Of a stretch of DNA of 64,000 bases, positions 13,599 through 28,453 are shown one piece after another. Numbering within the stretch: the first letter of the stretch is position 1; each line of letters begins with the position of its first letter. Below the pieces are notes generated by a model. That model worked only from the letters and a program-made list of their open reading frames with translations. It did not search any database and was not told the origin of the DNA. Source of the DNA: Octopus sinensis (Eukaryota); the NCBI RefSeq assembly GCF_006345805.1, contig NC_042998.1, forward strand, positions 62,620,001-62,684,000, given 5' to 3'. The position numbers and the translations under genes were made by a program.

Positions 13599-14381
13599 AA
13601 ACTGAAATGCGAAAAGGTTTGTCTGGCTTTTAGCATTAGAACGGGTTAAAGGCCACTAGATCCCGTCGGATTGACTCAAAATTTACAGGGACATGTAAAT
13701 GAGGTGAGGATGAGAGTGGGCTAATTTAGAAATCCCCATCTTAAAAGATGTTGCTAGGGCCAAAAACTCATTTTGACAAGTCTACTCTTATTCTTTAATG
13801 TATCTGTCTTCCTCCGTCACTCATTCTCTTTCCTCCCTTCCCATCGCTTTCTATATATAACGTTGTTTAACAGCGTCTAACTCCCTTCACTTTCTCTCTC
13901 ATAACGTCGTCAAAGAGCGTTCTGTATTTCCCCCCTCCTCCCCGCCTTCGACAGCGCTTTCACTTCCACCCACTCTCTCTCTCTACGTCGGTCGTCTGCA
14001 TTCATAAACAGAATTATCATCGGGCCACCACCACCACCCAATCACGAGACCAAATATTATGAATCAGATATTTATTGGGTTAATTTATATATTATATATA
14101 TATTATGTGTGTGTTGTGTGTTGTGTGTGTGTGTGTGTTCTATATAAATATGTATATTAAACTTTTTATACTTTTTGATAGTTATATATATTTAAAAAAA
14201 TTATAATATAAATTAATAATTTTCATTTTAAATTTAAATAATCTAAATTTAAAATTTATATTTTATATAATTTGTATATTATATTTTTATTTTTATGTTT
14301 TCGTTTATGTTTTTCACTGTTTGATTTGCCTAATAGTGGTTTTATCTCTAATTTAATTTATTTGTATATATAATGCGTACA

Positions 14382-14422
<41 letters not shown>

Positions 14423-14423
<1 letters not shown>

Positions 14424-14640
14424 ATGCTTGCCATGGTGAGTCTACCGTCGTGAGAAAGAATCACTTCAAAGCTTGGTGTTTACGAATTTTCTTTCAAATT
14501 TTTACGCCAGCCGTTAAACGGCCACTATGTTACTGTCCGTCGTAAAGAAATGCCAGCCATGGTGACTCTACTATCCTCAGATTCTATCCTTTCAAACTTT
14601 GGTTTCCAATATTTTAAAAATTTTTATTCAGCTCGCAAGT
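14423..14640. repeat. Diverged two-unit tandem repeat, about 125 bp period
   Basis: AATGC..GCCATGGTGA.TCTAC...TTCAAA..TTGGT occurs at about 14423 and about 14548. Confidence 0.55.
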
Positions 14641-14890
14641 TCGTCTGTCCCTTTTAAATGTTAGTGTTTCGCTTTCTGCCTTGAAGCAGAAATTTCCGTT
14701 GTCACTGCATGATATTTATGATTGATCTTTCAAACTACTTTCTCAACTTACTCAAGATATTTTGTTGTTTATAAATGGGAGATAGATAGATAAAGATAGA
14801 GAGTAGAGAAAGCGAGGGAGAGTCCGAGAGAAAGGAGAGTAAGAGAGTGGGAAGGGAGAGAGAAAGGAGAGAAAAACAACATGGAGAATA

Positions 14891-15140
14891 TCATCATCAT
14901 CATCATCGTTTAAACGTCCGTTTTCCGTGCAAGCACGGGTTGGACGTTTGACCGGGTCTGGGAAGCCAGGAGGCTGCACCAGGCTCCAGTCTGATCTTGC
15001 AGTGTTTTCTACAGCTGGATGCCCCTTCCTAACGCCAACCACTCCGCGATTGTAGTGGTGCTTTTCTCGTGCCACCGGTACAGGTGCCACGGGGGAGGGG
15101 AACTGGCAGCGGCCACGTTCGGATGGTGCTTTTTACGTGC
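14891..15140 (-). mobile_element. SINE-like retroposon 3' part with (GAT)n tail
   Basis: Reverse complement GGTTGGCGTTAGGAAGGGGCATCCAGCTGTAGAAAAC...GGACGTTTAAACGATGATGATG. Confidence 0.65.
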
Positions 15141-15627
15141 CGAAAGGATGCAACAGAATATAACAACCACACTCTTACCCGCGCGTAGAGCGGGTCACCT
15201 TAAGCTAGTATATATATATATATGTATATATATGTATATGTATGTGTATTTATTTATGTAAGTATCTATATGTATATATATATCTGTATATGTATGGATC
15301 TATATGTATATATGTATATATGTATATATATGTATCTGTATGTAGGTATATATATATATATGCATATGTATGTATGCATATCAATGTTTCAGCTTGTGTG
15401 TGTGTGTGTGTGTGTGTTTCCGTGCGTGCATGTTTGTCTACCTGTTTTTGTTCACTGTCGGAAAGAAAGAGAGGACTTAGCACCATAGCAGAGATTAATA
15501 ATATATCTGATTTGGATCGAGTCAGTCTCTTACGACTCTCTGGGCACAAAGACGTGAGGCAAGTTACGTCAAGAGCGAACAAAGTAATACACTCATACAG
15601 GCACATACATAGATACGCCTACGTACA

Positions 15628-16212
15628 TGTGAAGACTTGTGGCCTAGTGGCTAGTCGGGTTGCTCTCACGATCTTGAGACCGTGATTTCGATTCCCAGGT
15701 CCAGTCCAAGCTTGGTGGGGTTGCCAATTTAATCGCTGACGACCCGACCATGTAACAGGTTGTACTGAATTACATGTTACCAGTAGAGCTCGAGAGCGAC
15801 CAATGGCACTCAAGCGTGACTTCACATACATACATACATACATACATACACATACATATATACATACACACATACATACATACATACATACATATATACA
15901 TACATACATACATACATACATATGCACATACGCATATGTGAAGATGTGTGGCCTAGTGGCTAGATAGGTTGCACTCACAATCTTGAGATTAGGGTTTCGA
16001 TTCCCAGGTCACTTGCGCGTTGTGTTCTTGAAACGGACCCTTCATTTCACGATGCTCCAGTCCAGTCAGCTATAAATGGGTCCCCCTGTGATGGGTGGTG
16101 GTGGGAGTTAGCCTACTCTCATAGCCAGTGGGATGGCATCTTTGAAGGGCTAAAACGATGCACTGTGATCAGCGATGTATGACAACATCCGATAGTCTGA
16201 TCGATCACGTGA
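15628..16212 (+). mobile_element. Two tRNA-derived SINE copies, family C (heads at about 15628 and 15918)
   Basis: Both start GTGAAGA..TGTGGCCTAGTGGCTAG (A-box-like) and contain TTTCGATTCCCAGG (B-box-like); separated by (CATA)n. Confidence 0.65.
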
Positions 16213-16220
16213 TATACATA

Positions 16221-16372
16221 GGCGCAGGTATGGCTGTGTGGTAAGAAGCTTGCTATCCCAACCACACGATTCCGCGTTCAGTGCCACTACATGGCACCTA
16301 GATCAAGGGACTTCTACTATAGCCTACTGTCTTGAGAGTGGATTGGGTAGAGGGAAACTGAAAGAAGCCCGT

Positions 16373-16419
<47 letters not shown>

Positions 16420-16562
16420 GTATGTGTGCGTGTGTGTGTTTCTCCCCACACCATCACTTGACAACCAATTTTGGTGTGTTTACCTCCCTGTAACTTAGCG
16501 GTGCGGCAAAGGAGACTGATAGAATAAGCACTAAGCTTACAAAGAATAACTTATGGGGTCGA
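16221..16562 (+). mobile_element. SINE family B, 3'-truncated
   Basis: GGCGCAGG.ATGGCTGTGTGGTAAG head, CORE-like segment, internal (TA)n(TG)n. Confidence 0.8.
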
Positions 16563-16642
16563 ATACAAAAAGTCTTTCACGTTTCGAGCCTACGCTTTTC
16601 TACAGAAAGGGACACAGAAAAAAAACAAGGAGAGAAAAAAAA

Positions 16643-17031
16643 GAGGTAATACAGTGCAACTGTTTCATGCAACTCCATTTAATTGAACAATGCAATCATT
16701 GCATCAATTTAAATTGTACAGCAATCTTCAGCAGCACAAAGACATACAATTTAATTAAATTAGAACAGATGGACTCATTAGTATAATTATACCTAAAATC
16801 TCCAAGAAGTTAAGTAACTTCTGTGCTGAATTAGAAACACCATGTTCGTTGTGTATCTCCTTAACTTCTTGGAGATTTTAGGTATAATTATACTAATGTA
16901 TCCATCTGTTCTAATTTAATTAAATTCTATGTCTTTGCGCAGCTGAAGATTGCTCTACATTTTAAATTGATGTAATGATTGCATTGTTCAAGTAAATGGA
17001 GTTGCATGAAACGATCGTACTGCATTACCTC
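16643..17031. repeat. Foldback inverted repeat, about 172-bp arms with a 45-bp spacer
   Basis: 16643-16814 versus the reverse complement of 16860-17031: about 14 substitutions and no indels by manual comparison. Confidence 0.9.
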
Positions 17032-17187
17032 TGGATCCTTGTTGCTTATTTTGATTTTAATCACCTTACTTTGAAATTGTATGGATAATACCGTACTAAA
17101 TTCTGGTGCCTCAACTGAGTAGCATATTCATCTGAATCTAAATATTTGCTGAACTCATCTACCATATATAATACATACTATATATAT

Positions 17188-17269
<82 letters not shown>

Positions 17270-18012
17270 GGAGAGAGAGAGAGAGAGAGAGACAGAGGGA
17301 GAGGGAGAGAGAAAACGAGAGATGTATTTGCATGGCAAGTGACCTGATCTGAGATTGTATGCTGAAACAAAAACAATTGCAGCGTGGAAGGTTTTTTTAT
17401 AAGCCATATGTAGAAGGTTGGAAATGAACAGCCGAGTTGATATGTATAAGCAAAAAAGTCAAGGTAGAAAAATTACAGCACGGAATTTTGTCAGTCATCA
17501 GGCCGCGATCTCAAAGCGACGAAAATATTTTGGCAAATTAAATTTAAATGTTGAAGTGAATCTAAGGGTTTTTGAGTGTTTTTAAATGACTTATAAACAC
17601 CTTCCATGCTGCAATTGTATATATATATATATATATATTGTCTCTGGGGAGAGTCATTCCGTTTTTTTGCCTTACCAATTAACACACTCACCGGTTCGAT
17701 TTCCACTCATTTACTTATTTATTTTTTCTAAAATTTTCGTTGCTTCTTGCAACCTCTTCAATAGTCGTTGACTGTATATATTTGCTAAGATGATCTGGTT
17801 CTTGACTGATGACTGAGGGCCTTCGATGTCCCGTCCTGTGGTTTTGTGTCGTCTCTGTGGTGTTTCATGTTCTTGTCCATGTCTGTAATTTTTTTTACTG
17901 TTTACCTATAATATATATATATATATATATATTATATAGATAATGTATGTATATATACAGATATACATATGTATATATATATATATATATATGTATGTAT
18001 ATATACAGACAG

Positions 18013-18087
<75 letters not shown>

Positions 18088-19399
18088 TATGTATATATGG
18101 AATCGATGTAGCCACGAGAATTTAACCAATTGAGAAAGTTTCGAAACACAGACGAAACCAATTCACCCCGGTTTACACAGATAGTTCACATTATTTGGAA
18201 AAATTTCCACCTCACAAAAATACATTTTTTTTTTCTAAATTTATGTGTACGCCGATGTTCGTTCCTGTGTTTCTAATTTGCCTAACATGAAGTTATAATA
18301 ATAACTACATTTAGATTGATAAGAGGTGAGTGCGAAAGAAAGAAAGAAAGAAAAGGAAGGAAGTAACGTAAACGAAAAAAAAAAAATAAAAGAGAAAAAG
18401 AAGAGACGAGTATAAGTCTGCTGGTATAATAATGTTCTGTCATATTTGAATCAATTTGTGTCACATAAAAATTGCTAAATTGGTACAAATTCAGTAAAGT
18501 AGTTATAAAACCAATACAGCGTATTATGGTATTGGAAACGAGCGAGTTTTTGATTGCTGTTGGTTGTTGAAGCTTGCTTTTCACGTTGACGCTTGATGTT
18601 TGTTGTTGGGGATGATGTTGATAATAATGACGACGACGGCGACATCGTAGCTGATAACGTCGTGGGTGTTTATACCGCATGCTGACGAACATGTTTTAAG
18701 TTCATTAGTTTTCTTGAAAGACTTTTCGGCTAATCGGATATCGATTTTTGGTGCAATTTTGCTTATTTATCCACAGAGATTCTACTGACACTGTAACCTC
18801 CTCCTATTCAAACGCTCGATGATCTAATGCTATATAATAATATTGCCAATTTTTATTTTCATGTTATTTTATTTTCAACAGCGATCTATCATCGTTGATA
18901 AATCATTACAGGTTAGCTTGATGATCAAAATTCTGTGAGCTAAACGCCTTGCGTGCCGACAGCACAGTTCACTTGTATGGCTTCATAGTTTGCTTGACGA
19001 CGGCAACTTGTCAATGTGGCGGAAATCAGCGGAACGCATCCACTTCTTACGGTTATCTTCCCACCTCCATAGCAACCTACAGCCCTAACCCTTTCTTACC
19101 CCCACCACCGTTCTCATCACACCACTTCTTTTTCTTCTTCTTCATCTATTTCTTTTCTTTTTTATGCTCCTCTTCCCTCCTCCTCCTCCTCCTCCTCCTA
19201 TTTCTTTTCTTTTTGTTCTCCTCTTTCCCCTCCTTCTACCCCTCTCCTTCTCCCCCTTTCTTCTTTTATTCTTTTCTTCTCTTCCTCCCCTTCTATTTCT
19301 TTTCTTCTTTTTCTTCTCTTTCAACCCCTCCTTCTCCTCCTTTTCTTTCTTTCCTTCTTTCTTCTTTTCTTCTTTTTATCCTCCTCTCCTCCTTCTTCT

Positions 19400-20620
19400 T
19401 CACTGCCACCGCCATCAGTCCTTCAGGATCTTCCATATGTACATCATTCGCGTCTTCACTCCTAAGAGTTGAGCTTCAATTCCTTTAGCCCATCGCAGTA
19501 GCCCATCTGTTTGACTGAGACAATCTTCTTCGTGTAGTGGAGCTGATTGCTTCGAGTTCCGACACCAGATGACGCTTTGGGTGACCACAGTCGGGAGCAA
19601 TACTCCAAACAACCGATAGCTAAAGTTCTCCGGGTAGGAGGAACATAGTATCCTTTTTTTTTGGTTCTGACTAATCTCAGAATCCTGCCAGTCACTTGCC
19701 TACATGGTGTTGCCATCTTGATAACACGCACATGGAATGTTGCATCATTACTCATTATGGATTCCCAGGTCACGCACTGACTCTGGCTCTGGGGGTCCGC
19801 TACCCCTTGGTCCTATGTATTCCGATTGTAGCCTGTTTGTGGACCGACAATGGAGTGTTTGAAACTTCTTTACATTGAACTGCATGTTATCTTCATTAGG
19901 CTACTTGTATATTGCATTCAGGACTTTCTGAAGTCTTAGGATGTCATCAGCATCCTAGACCGCCTGTGATACATTAATATCATCAGTATAGCTGGGAAGA
20001 GTGGCTGATTATATGGCTTAGTTTATAGATTATATGGCTATAGTTTATGCTGGTCTGAGAGAATCAGCATAAACTGTAGTGGTTCCAGTACAGTTCCCCG
20101 AGGGACTCTTCTGAGAGTTGATCTCCCATCACGGAGAACATCTGTGATAGCAACTGTCTGACTTCTGGCTACTCTCCTAATTTTCCTGCGATATAAAGAT
20201 CATGCAGATTGTAATATATCATCCCACCATCAAATTTGTTGAATGCCCTGGCAAAGTCGAGATATATCACTCATTATTTGATTGGTTGAGCTGTTGCTTT
20301 AATACTCAGTCATAATGTTGCAGTAGCTGTGTGAGGCAGCTCCAGTCTGGACGCAAGCAATATTGCGTGTTTGTGAGAAAGTTATTTCCTTCTTGAAACA
20401 TAATCGGCCTTCTTCTAAGATATGAAATTAGAAGGACAGGCCTGTAATTTTTAGCTTCTTCACTCCTTCCTCTATGGATAGAGCATATCATTCCTTCTTT
20501 TATTATTTTGTGAGGTTTGTCATATCTAAGGAAACTCAGAGAAAGTAAATACAATGTTTTGCAAGAGCTTTCTTGCATGTCTTTGAAAGAAAAGCTTGAA
20601 ATCCATTTGGGTCCGTTGCT
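19400..20620 (-). mobile_element. CR1-group LINE RT remnant, heavily decayed
   Basis: KNYRPV, SCLTQLLQHYD, IYLDFARAF, LEYCSRLWSP and YIWKILK motifs across broken frames; same family as 42521-43684. Confidence 0.8.
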
Positions 20621-20993
20621 GAGTTCATCTCATCAACAGCTGAACTTTCCTCTTTTAGGCTCTTATGCCTCTTTCCCATATAGACCTACGGTGTTGAACA
20701 ACCTATCAAGCTTGCTTATTTGCATATCAACCAGGAATATCAATACTGATAGCTTGGTGTTAGAACTCAATATGCATATGTTTCAGAATAAAGTGTTATT
20801 GTAATACAGAACGTAAAGTGAAATTAAATTAATGACACAGGAACAGAAGATTACACAGTGAACTTCATTAGCATTCAACTGTTTCTCATATAAGATGTTG
20901 GTCTGAGTGCAGAGCAACTAATTGCAGAAACAGCTGTAAGTTTATGACGTTCATTTAATAACCTTGTGTTCTTGTGTCATTTATAGAAGTTTA

Positions 20994-21148
20994 GGGCTGT
21001 GTGGTAAGAAGATTGCTACCCAACCACATGGTTCCGGGTTCAGTCTCACTATGTGGCACTTTGGGTAAGGGTCTTCTACTATAGCCTCGGGACGACCAAA
21101 ACCTTGTGAGCAGAGTTGGTTGACGAAAACTGAAAGAAGCCCGTCGTA
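20994..21148 (+). mobile_element. SINE family B, 5' half
   Basis: GGCTGTGTGGTAAGAAG...GGGTTCAGTC.CAC...GAAAGAAGCCCGTCGTATA. Confidence 0.8.
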
Positions 21149-21154
21149 TATATG

Positions 21155-21206
<52 letters not shown>

Positions 21207-21231
21207 ACACACCAACACCACACAATATATG

Positions 21232-21270
<39 letters not shown>

Positions 21271-21424
21271 TCTTTTTTCGACCAGGTTACCAGATGTTGC
21301 TACACATCGCTGGTCACAATGCAAAGCGCATTATTTTAACCTTCAAATGACGCCACCACCGCGGCCAACGAAGAAAGAGTGAAGAAAGCTTCTTACCACA
21401 CACCCACCACGCCATATATTATAT

Positions 21425-22652
<1,228 letters not shown>

Positions 22653-22685
22653 TATACATACATATATATATATATATATAATATA

Positions 22686-22716
<31 letters not shown>

Positions 22717-23523
22717 CATACACATATACATGTATGTTTGTACGTATGTATATATTGTATATAGTAAAAGAGAAGTATCGTAGCTACCACATAGGGGAAT
22801 CGATCCCGGCACCTCTTCCATGTTAATATCAAAGTTATATTAACATCGCTGTCAAGGGAGAGAGAGTGGTCAAGAAAGAATACCCGGGAACTATTTTAGA
22901 TGTATTGCTATGCAACTGCTGCTACTACTGCTCCTACTGTCCATGATATTCTCATGAAGATGACAATAATGAAAAATTATGATAATTTAGATGAAAAGTT
23001 AGAGGAGAAACGTTGAAGAGGAAAGAAGAGGACAAGGAAGAAGTGAATGGCGAACTGCTCTGCTACTAATATCGTTTCAATTACTATCTTCTAGTAATGG
23101 TCATATACATTATAAAGAGCGGTAGTGTGTGTGAAAGAGAGAGTGAGAGAGAGAGAGAGAGAGAGAGGAAGTGGGGAGGTGAATAGAGGGAGGGAAAATA
23201 GGATATGTACATATAATTATATACATATATTTATATTATGCATACATATTTTATACTTACACACTCATAAACACACACACTCCGCGTATACATACATATA
23301 TGTACATGTATTAGTATGTATGTGTAAGTATGATCCTATTATTAATATATATATATATATACAGGCACACGTGTATTCATATATTACAAGCTTAAAAATA
23401 CAGACAAATTCACATATATATAATATACATATATGTAAACTTATATCTATCTATCTATCTATCTATCATCTATCTATAAATATATATATGTGTGTGTGCA
23501 ACTATATATTATATCTATTATAT

Positions 23524-23582
<59 letters not shown>

Positions 23583-24056
23583 GTATATTTATATACATGT
23601 ATAATGCCATATACATGCATTCATACATAAGACGGAGAGAGAGAGAGCGAGTAAAGAGAGAGAGAAATAAAGAAAGAGAGAGATAGAGAGAGAGAGGGAG
23701 AGAACGGAAGAAAGAGAGAGAAAGGGTGCCACATTATGGGAAAGAAAGTTAATAACTTCAGAACTCCTGAAATATTGATTACCTTTATATCCTTAAATTT
23801 TTTCCCTCGAAGCTGCAGTACTTCACAAAATTCTCCCTTTGTTAACCAGTTAAATATTGTCATGTTCAAGGTCATACGTAATTGCTGTCAATGTGTCAAC
23901 GAAGGCATTGAAATGTAAATCACGGTTGGAACCCGAAGATGTGTTGTGGTTATGCATTGTGTGAGTGGGTGATTGCAGTTAGCTCCCCTGAAAGAAAGCT
24001 AAATAATTTTTTAGGCAATTTTTAAAACTGTTCGGTTTTCTAACATTGTAAACGAC

Positions 24057-24149
<93 letters not shown>

Positions 24150-24185
24150 CTACTATCTATCTATCTATCTATCTATCTCTCTATC

Positions 24186-24223
<38 letters not shown>

Positions 24224-24230
24224 TCTATCT
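24057..24230. repeat. (TATC)n microsatellite abutting the Tx1 5' truncation
   Basis: Direct reading. Confidence 0.95.
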
Positions 24231-26104
24231 GCCATACTAACGCGGAAGCTGGCGACTCTAAGGGGCATCCCGCGAGAATTAGGATGCGGGACGAGCGTGT
24301 CTGCATACGCGGACGACGTCACCGTCATAGTGTCAAGCCACGAGCACATCGAGCGGGTCGCGAGACACTGAAAGACTACGAAGCGGTGACAGGAGCAAAA
24401 ATCAACCGGGAAGGTCAGTGGGCTTGCGGCTCGGCACCTGGAGAAGCAAGCCCATGCCGTCCACCAGTACCTCCGTCGTGGGACGCTGGACAGACGGCCC
24501 GGTTGAGTTGCTCGGGGTCTGGTTCGGTCCGGACCTCCAAATGGAGAAGAACTGGAACGAGATAACGAGTAGGGTGGTCACTCTCGCCCAGCAATGGCCG
24601 AGAGGAAACTGTCCCTAAAAGGTCGGGCGGAGGTGGTGAACGCGTACATCGCGTCCATCATCTACTACCGCCTGACCGTCGTACCTTGTCCCGACCCTAC
24701 CATCACCAAACTAGAACGCATCCTCTTCCGCTTCTTGTAGAAAGGATGCGTCCCGATGGTCAGGCGATCCATTTGCTGTCAACACCCGTTAAAAGGAGGG
24801 CTGGGCATGCCGTGGTTGATGATGCGCAGACACGCGCTGAGACTGCGACATCTCCGGCTCTATGTAGACGACGGTGAACAGGTGTGGTCGCCGTTTGTGA
24901 GGCACGCATTCCCGCAACTCGTCTCCATGACCGAACTACAGTCGTGGATCAAAAAGAGGCCGAAGAAGGGCGAATGGCACCGCGAGTGTCGCGTTGCTCT
25001 CAAGCAACTCTGCCGTCCCGGGTCGACCTTGAGTGACTTCAACACAACCAAAGCATTCTATAGGGGATTGGTGGAGGGGAGGTACGACGACGTGCTCGGG
25101 GCAAACCTGGGCGTCGACGAGGAATACCTGACCCGCCTGTTTCAAACGACTTTCGGCCCGGGACCTATGGACAACTTCCAGAGATCCCTGGCCTGGCGGT
25201 GCTACCGAGAAGCGCTACCCGTTCGGGATAAGCTCTATAGGCATGGCTCGAGAAACACGGGGCCGACCTGCCCGAGATGCGGCAGAGCGACGAAACCGCT
25301 CTGCACGCAATCGTGCAGTGTCCAGCAATTTCCGACCTGTGGGCTTATGTCGAACGACTGCTGTCACGTGTGGGACGTGTCGGTTTATCAGCCGAGTCTA
25401 TCGTTAATATCGTCACGCCCTCCTTCCTTCAAACGGGAAGGAAGAGCTATTTTTATCATACTTGTGGCTATGGCGAAAGAATGTATCTGGTGGACGCGTC
25501 TGAAAGGATTAAGACAACACTTTCCTCTCTGGTCAATCTCTCATCAACTTCTTCAAGTATCACTTGAAGAAAAAAGTGAGAGTAGAGAGGCAAGTTTTGT
25601 CTAGTGAATGTTTTAAAAAAAGATGGGTGAATGTAGCAAGGATGGCACGTATGAATGACGAAGCCACCTTGACTATGATTCTATGAACCGTAAAAATTAA
25701 TACAGAGAGTTGCTTATTTGCAAAAAAAAAAAAAAAAAGAAATATAACATGTGACTTCATTGACCGAGGTTACCGTGGTCTTTTCCGTAGGCTTTTCTTT
25801 CCACGGGTAAACCTCTCCTGTCCTCCCCTTTACACTTCATATTGACATTTCTGTGATAACGATCCCTATTGATCAATTTTTTCCTCTCCCCCTTTTTTTT
25901 AACCCCCCCTTTTTTTGTCCTCTTTCTCTCCTTTTACGATCCCTTTTGATCGACCCCCCCTTTTTTATTTTATTTATTTATTTTTTATTTTTATTTATTT
26001 TTTTTTATTTATTTATTTATTTTTTTTTTTTAACCTTCAAAAGAAAAGCTCTACCTTGTAATTTGTTCTATCTGTGTGCAGCCCTGTGTGGCTAATAAAG
26101 AAAC
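24231..26104 (+). mobile_element. L1/Tx1-clade LINE, 5'-truncated (copy 3), frameshifted
   Basis: Closely similar to 5931-7874 from RKLA onward (YADDVT region, LGVWFG, CPRCG); ends GTGTGGCTAATAAAGAAACATATCTATCT. Confidence 0.92.
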
Positions 26105-26879
26105 ATATCTATCTATGAAACTGTCTGTCTGTCTATCTATATATCTGTTTGTCTGGCAGTCTGCCTGCCAGGTATGTATGCATGTATGCATGTGTATCTA
26201 TCTCTCTCAATGTATACATACATATATCCATCCATCATCCATCCATCCATCCATCCATCCACACATACATACATGCATACATGCATTATACATGCATTGT
26301 ACATGCATGCATTCATACATGCATACATGCATGCATGCATACACATACATACATCATGCATACATATATGCATACATACATACATACATACATACATACA
26401 TACATACATACATACATACATACATAAATACATACATACACCCATATATGCATGTCAATCGAGCTTTACTATTACGATACGTGAAATATCCTCTTCTTAT
26501 CACATGCTGATATCGTAAATAGCTCGCAGGCTTATTAAAAAGATGCTAATATTCCAGATGTCGAAGTAGCGAAATACGAATGTCGTGCAGTGACCGGATG
26601 TCTCCGACTGAGGATTTCCAATTGAATGAAATCACGTGATATGGGATTTCCGGCGCCCTTGACAGACAATTCCCATCTGCTGTGATCTATGTGTGTGCTG
26701 CTATGTAACAAGCGCGGAATTGAGTGGATCTCCGAAGGCTAATATCGTAGTATTCGGTTTTCTAATAAATCGCCGATGCTGGATATAAAGATCACCTTTT
26801 GGTATTAATGTAGCTTCTGTTGCTAATTAATTAAGATTTGATACGCGCACACACACATACACACACACACAAGCACAGC

Positions 26880-27332
26880 ATGCTCAAAAACTCATATCTG
26901 ACATTCTGTATGTGTGTGTGTGAGCGCGTAACATCTTTATATATTCATACAGAAATATGTCTCCTAATAACACACACACACACAGACACACACACTCACA
27001 TGCACAGACACACACACAGATACAAACAGACAGACAGACACATACACAAAAACACACACAAGCAACACACTGAAAATCTCATATCTGACATTCTGAATGT
27101 GTGTGTGTGCGTGTGCGGCGCGCGTGTGTGTGTGAGCGCGTAACATCATTATATATTCATACAGAAATGTCTCCTAATAACACACACACAATCCCACACT
27201 CACTCACAGACACACAGGCACACAGACACAAAGAGACAGACAGACACTCAAAAATATCTGAATGTGTTGTGAGCGTGTGTGTGCGTGTGAGTGCGTAAGA
27301 TCATTATATATTCAAAGAGAAATATATCTCCT

Positions 27333-27370
<38 letters not shown>
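26880..27370. repeat. Three-unit tandem repeat (about 170-210 bp units) with internal (CA)n
   Basis: GTGAG(C)GCGTAACATC.TTATATATTCATACAGAAAT..TCTCCTAATAACACAC recurs at about 26917, 27130 and 27288. Confidence 0.75.
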
Positions 27371-27374
<4 letters not shown>

Positions 27375-27789
27375 AGAGAGAAGTGCGTACGCACATTTGA
27401 ATACATATACAATAACTTGTGTATTAATTATGTATATCTAAAAAACGTTGAAGAGTACAGGTGCATCAGATACCATATACCGTAAATTGTCGATTCATTA
27501 AAATAATCCTTGTCTCTAGAGATTGCATCATAATTAACAAATTGCAATCAAGACCAGCTCCACTTGAGAAGGAGAGATAATTCCAGAATTCAAGTATTCT
27601 TCACAGTTGATATGGTATTAAGGAAGAACACATTCTTACAGTCTGTAGATAAGAATCTTGAGATGATCTCCTTCTCAAAAGTGGAGCTGGTTTTGAATAC
27701 CATTTGGAAATTTTATAAATCCTTTGAGGCTGAGATCATTGTAATAAATCAAGAGAGTTTATTCTGATTAATATTCTTTTCTATTCTAG

Positions 27790-28068
27790 GCACAAGGCCT
27801 GAAACTTTGGTGGTGGTGGTGGTGGAGCGGGGAGGGGGCAGTCGATTAGATCGAACCCAGTACGCAACTGGTATTTAATTTATCCACCCCGAAAGGATGA
27901 AAGGCAAAGTCGACCTCGGCAGAATTTGAACACAGAGCATAAAACCAGATTAAATACTGCTAATAAGCATTTCGCTCGGCGTGCTAACGTTTCTTATTTC
28001 TTTATTGCCCACAAGGGGCTAAACATAGAGGAGACAAACAAGAACAGAAAAAGGGATTAAGTCGATTA
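27790..28068 (-). mobile_element. SINE family A, two fused partial units
   Basis: Reverse-complement matches to the family A body and to both tail types (CCTTGTGCC and GCCCCTTGTGGGCAATAAAGAAA). Confidence 0.7.
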
Positions 28069-28211
28069 ACACACTCACCGGTAAAATTATAAGGCACCAA
28101 AAGAGGATGACTCTCCCCAGACACAAGAGAAGATGCTTCAACACACGAACTCACATAAGGAATCCTGCAAGCCAAATCCAAAAACGAAATATATGCGCGC
28201 GCGCGCGTGTG

Positions 28212-28254
<43 letters not shown>

Positions 28255-28453
28255 GACGTGTAAATAACGTTTGTAGTTTGAAAAATTCAGTTCAAAATGA
28301 AAAATAAAGATAACTCAACAGAGATTATTGCAAAATGTAGGCATAGAAATAAAGTTTTATGAGAGACATCAGAAGACTTTTACATGTTGCTCCATTGTCT
28401 CTTAACCTTGTTAGAGGCATGAAATTGTAGTTCTAAATTGATGAACAACCTCA

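Noticed and set aside
15628-16300. tRNA genes
   Set aside because: The A/B-box segments lack a complete cloverleaf and continue into SINE bodies.
17050-17165. Minus-strand peptide QLRHQNLVRYY resembling kinase subdomain IV, followed by GTAAGG
   Set aside because: No other kinase motif or partner exon in the window, and it adjoins a repeat-like foldback.
17735-17830. Hammerhead-like CTATTGA...GAAG on the minus strand and CTGATGA on the plus strand
   Set aside because: The core is non-canonical and no closing stems were found; at most a decayed Penelope-like terminus.
26546-26686. Minus-strand 47-codon frame ITADGNCLSRA resembling the OTU protease catalytic motif
   Set aside because: Spacing to the next OTU helix is wrong, the frame ends in a stop without a donor site, and there is no Helitron context.
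26880-27370. CRISPR-like repeat-spacer array
   Set aside because: Eukaryotic context; the spacers are related (CA)-rich sequence rather than unique, and there are no cas genes.
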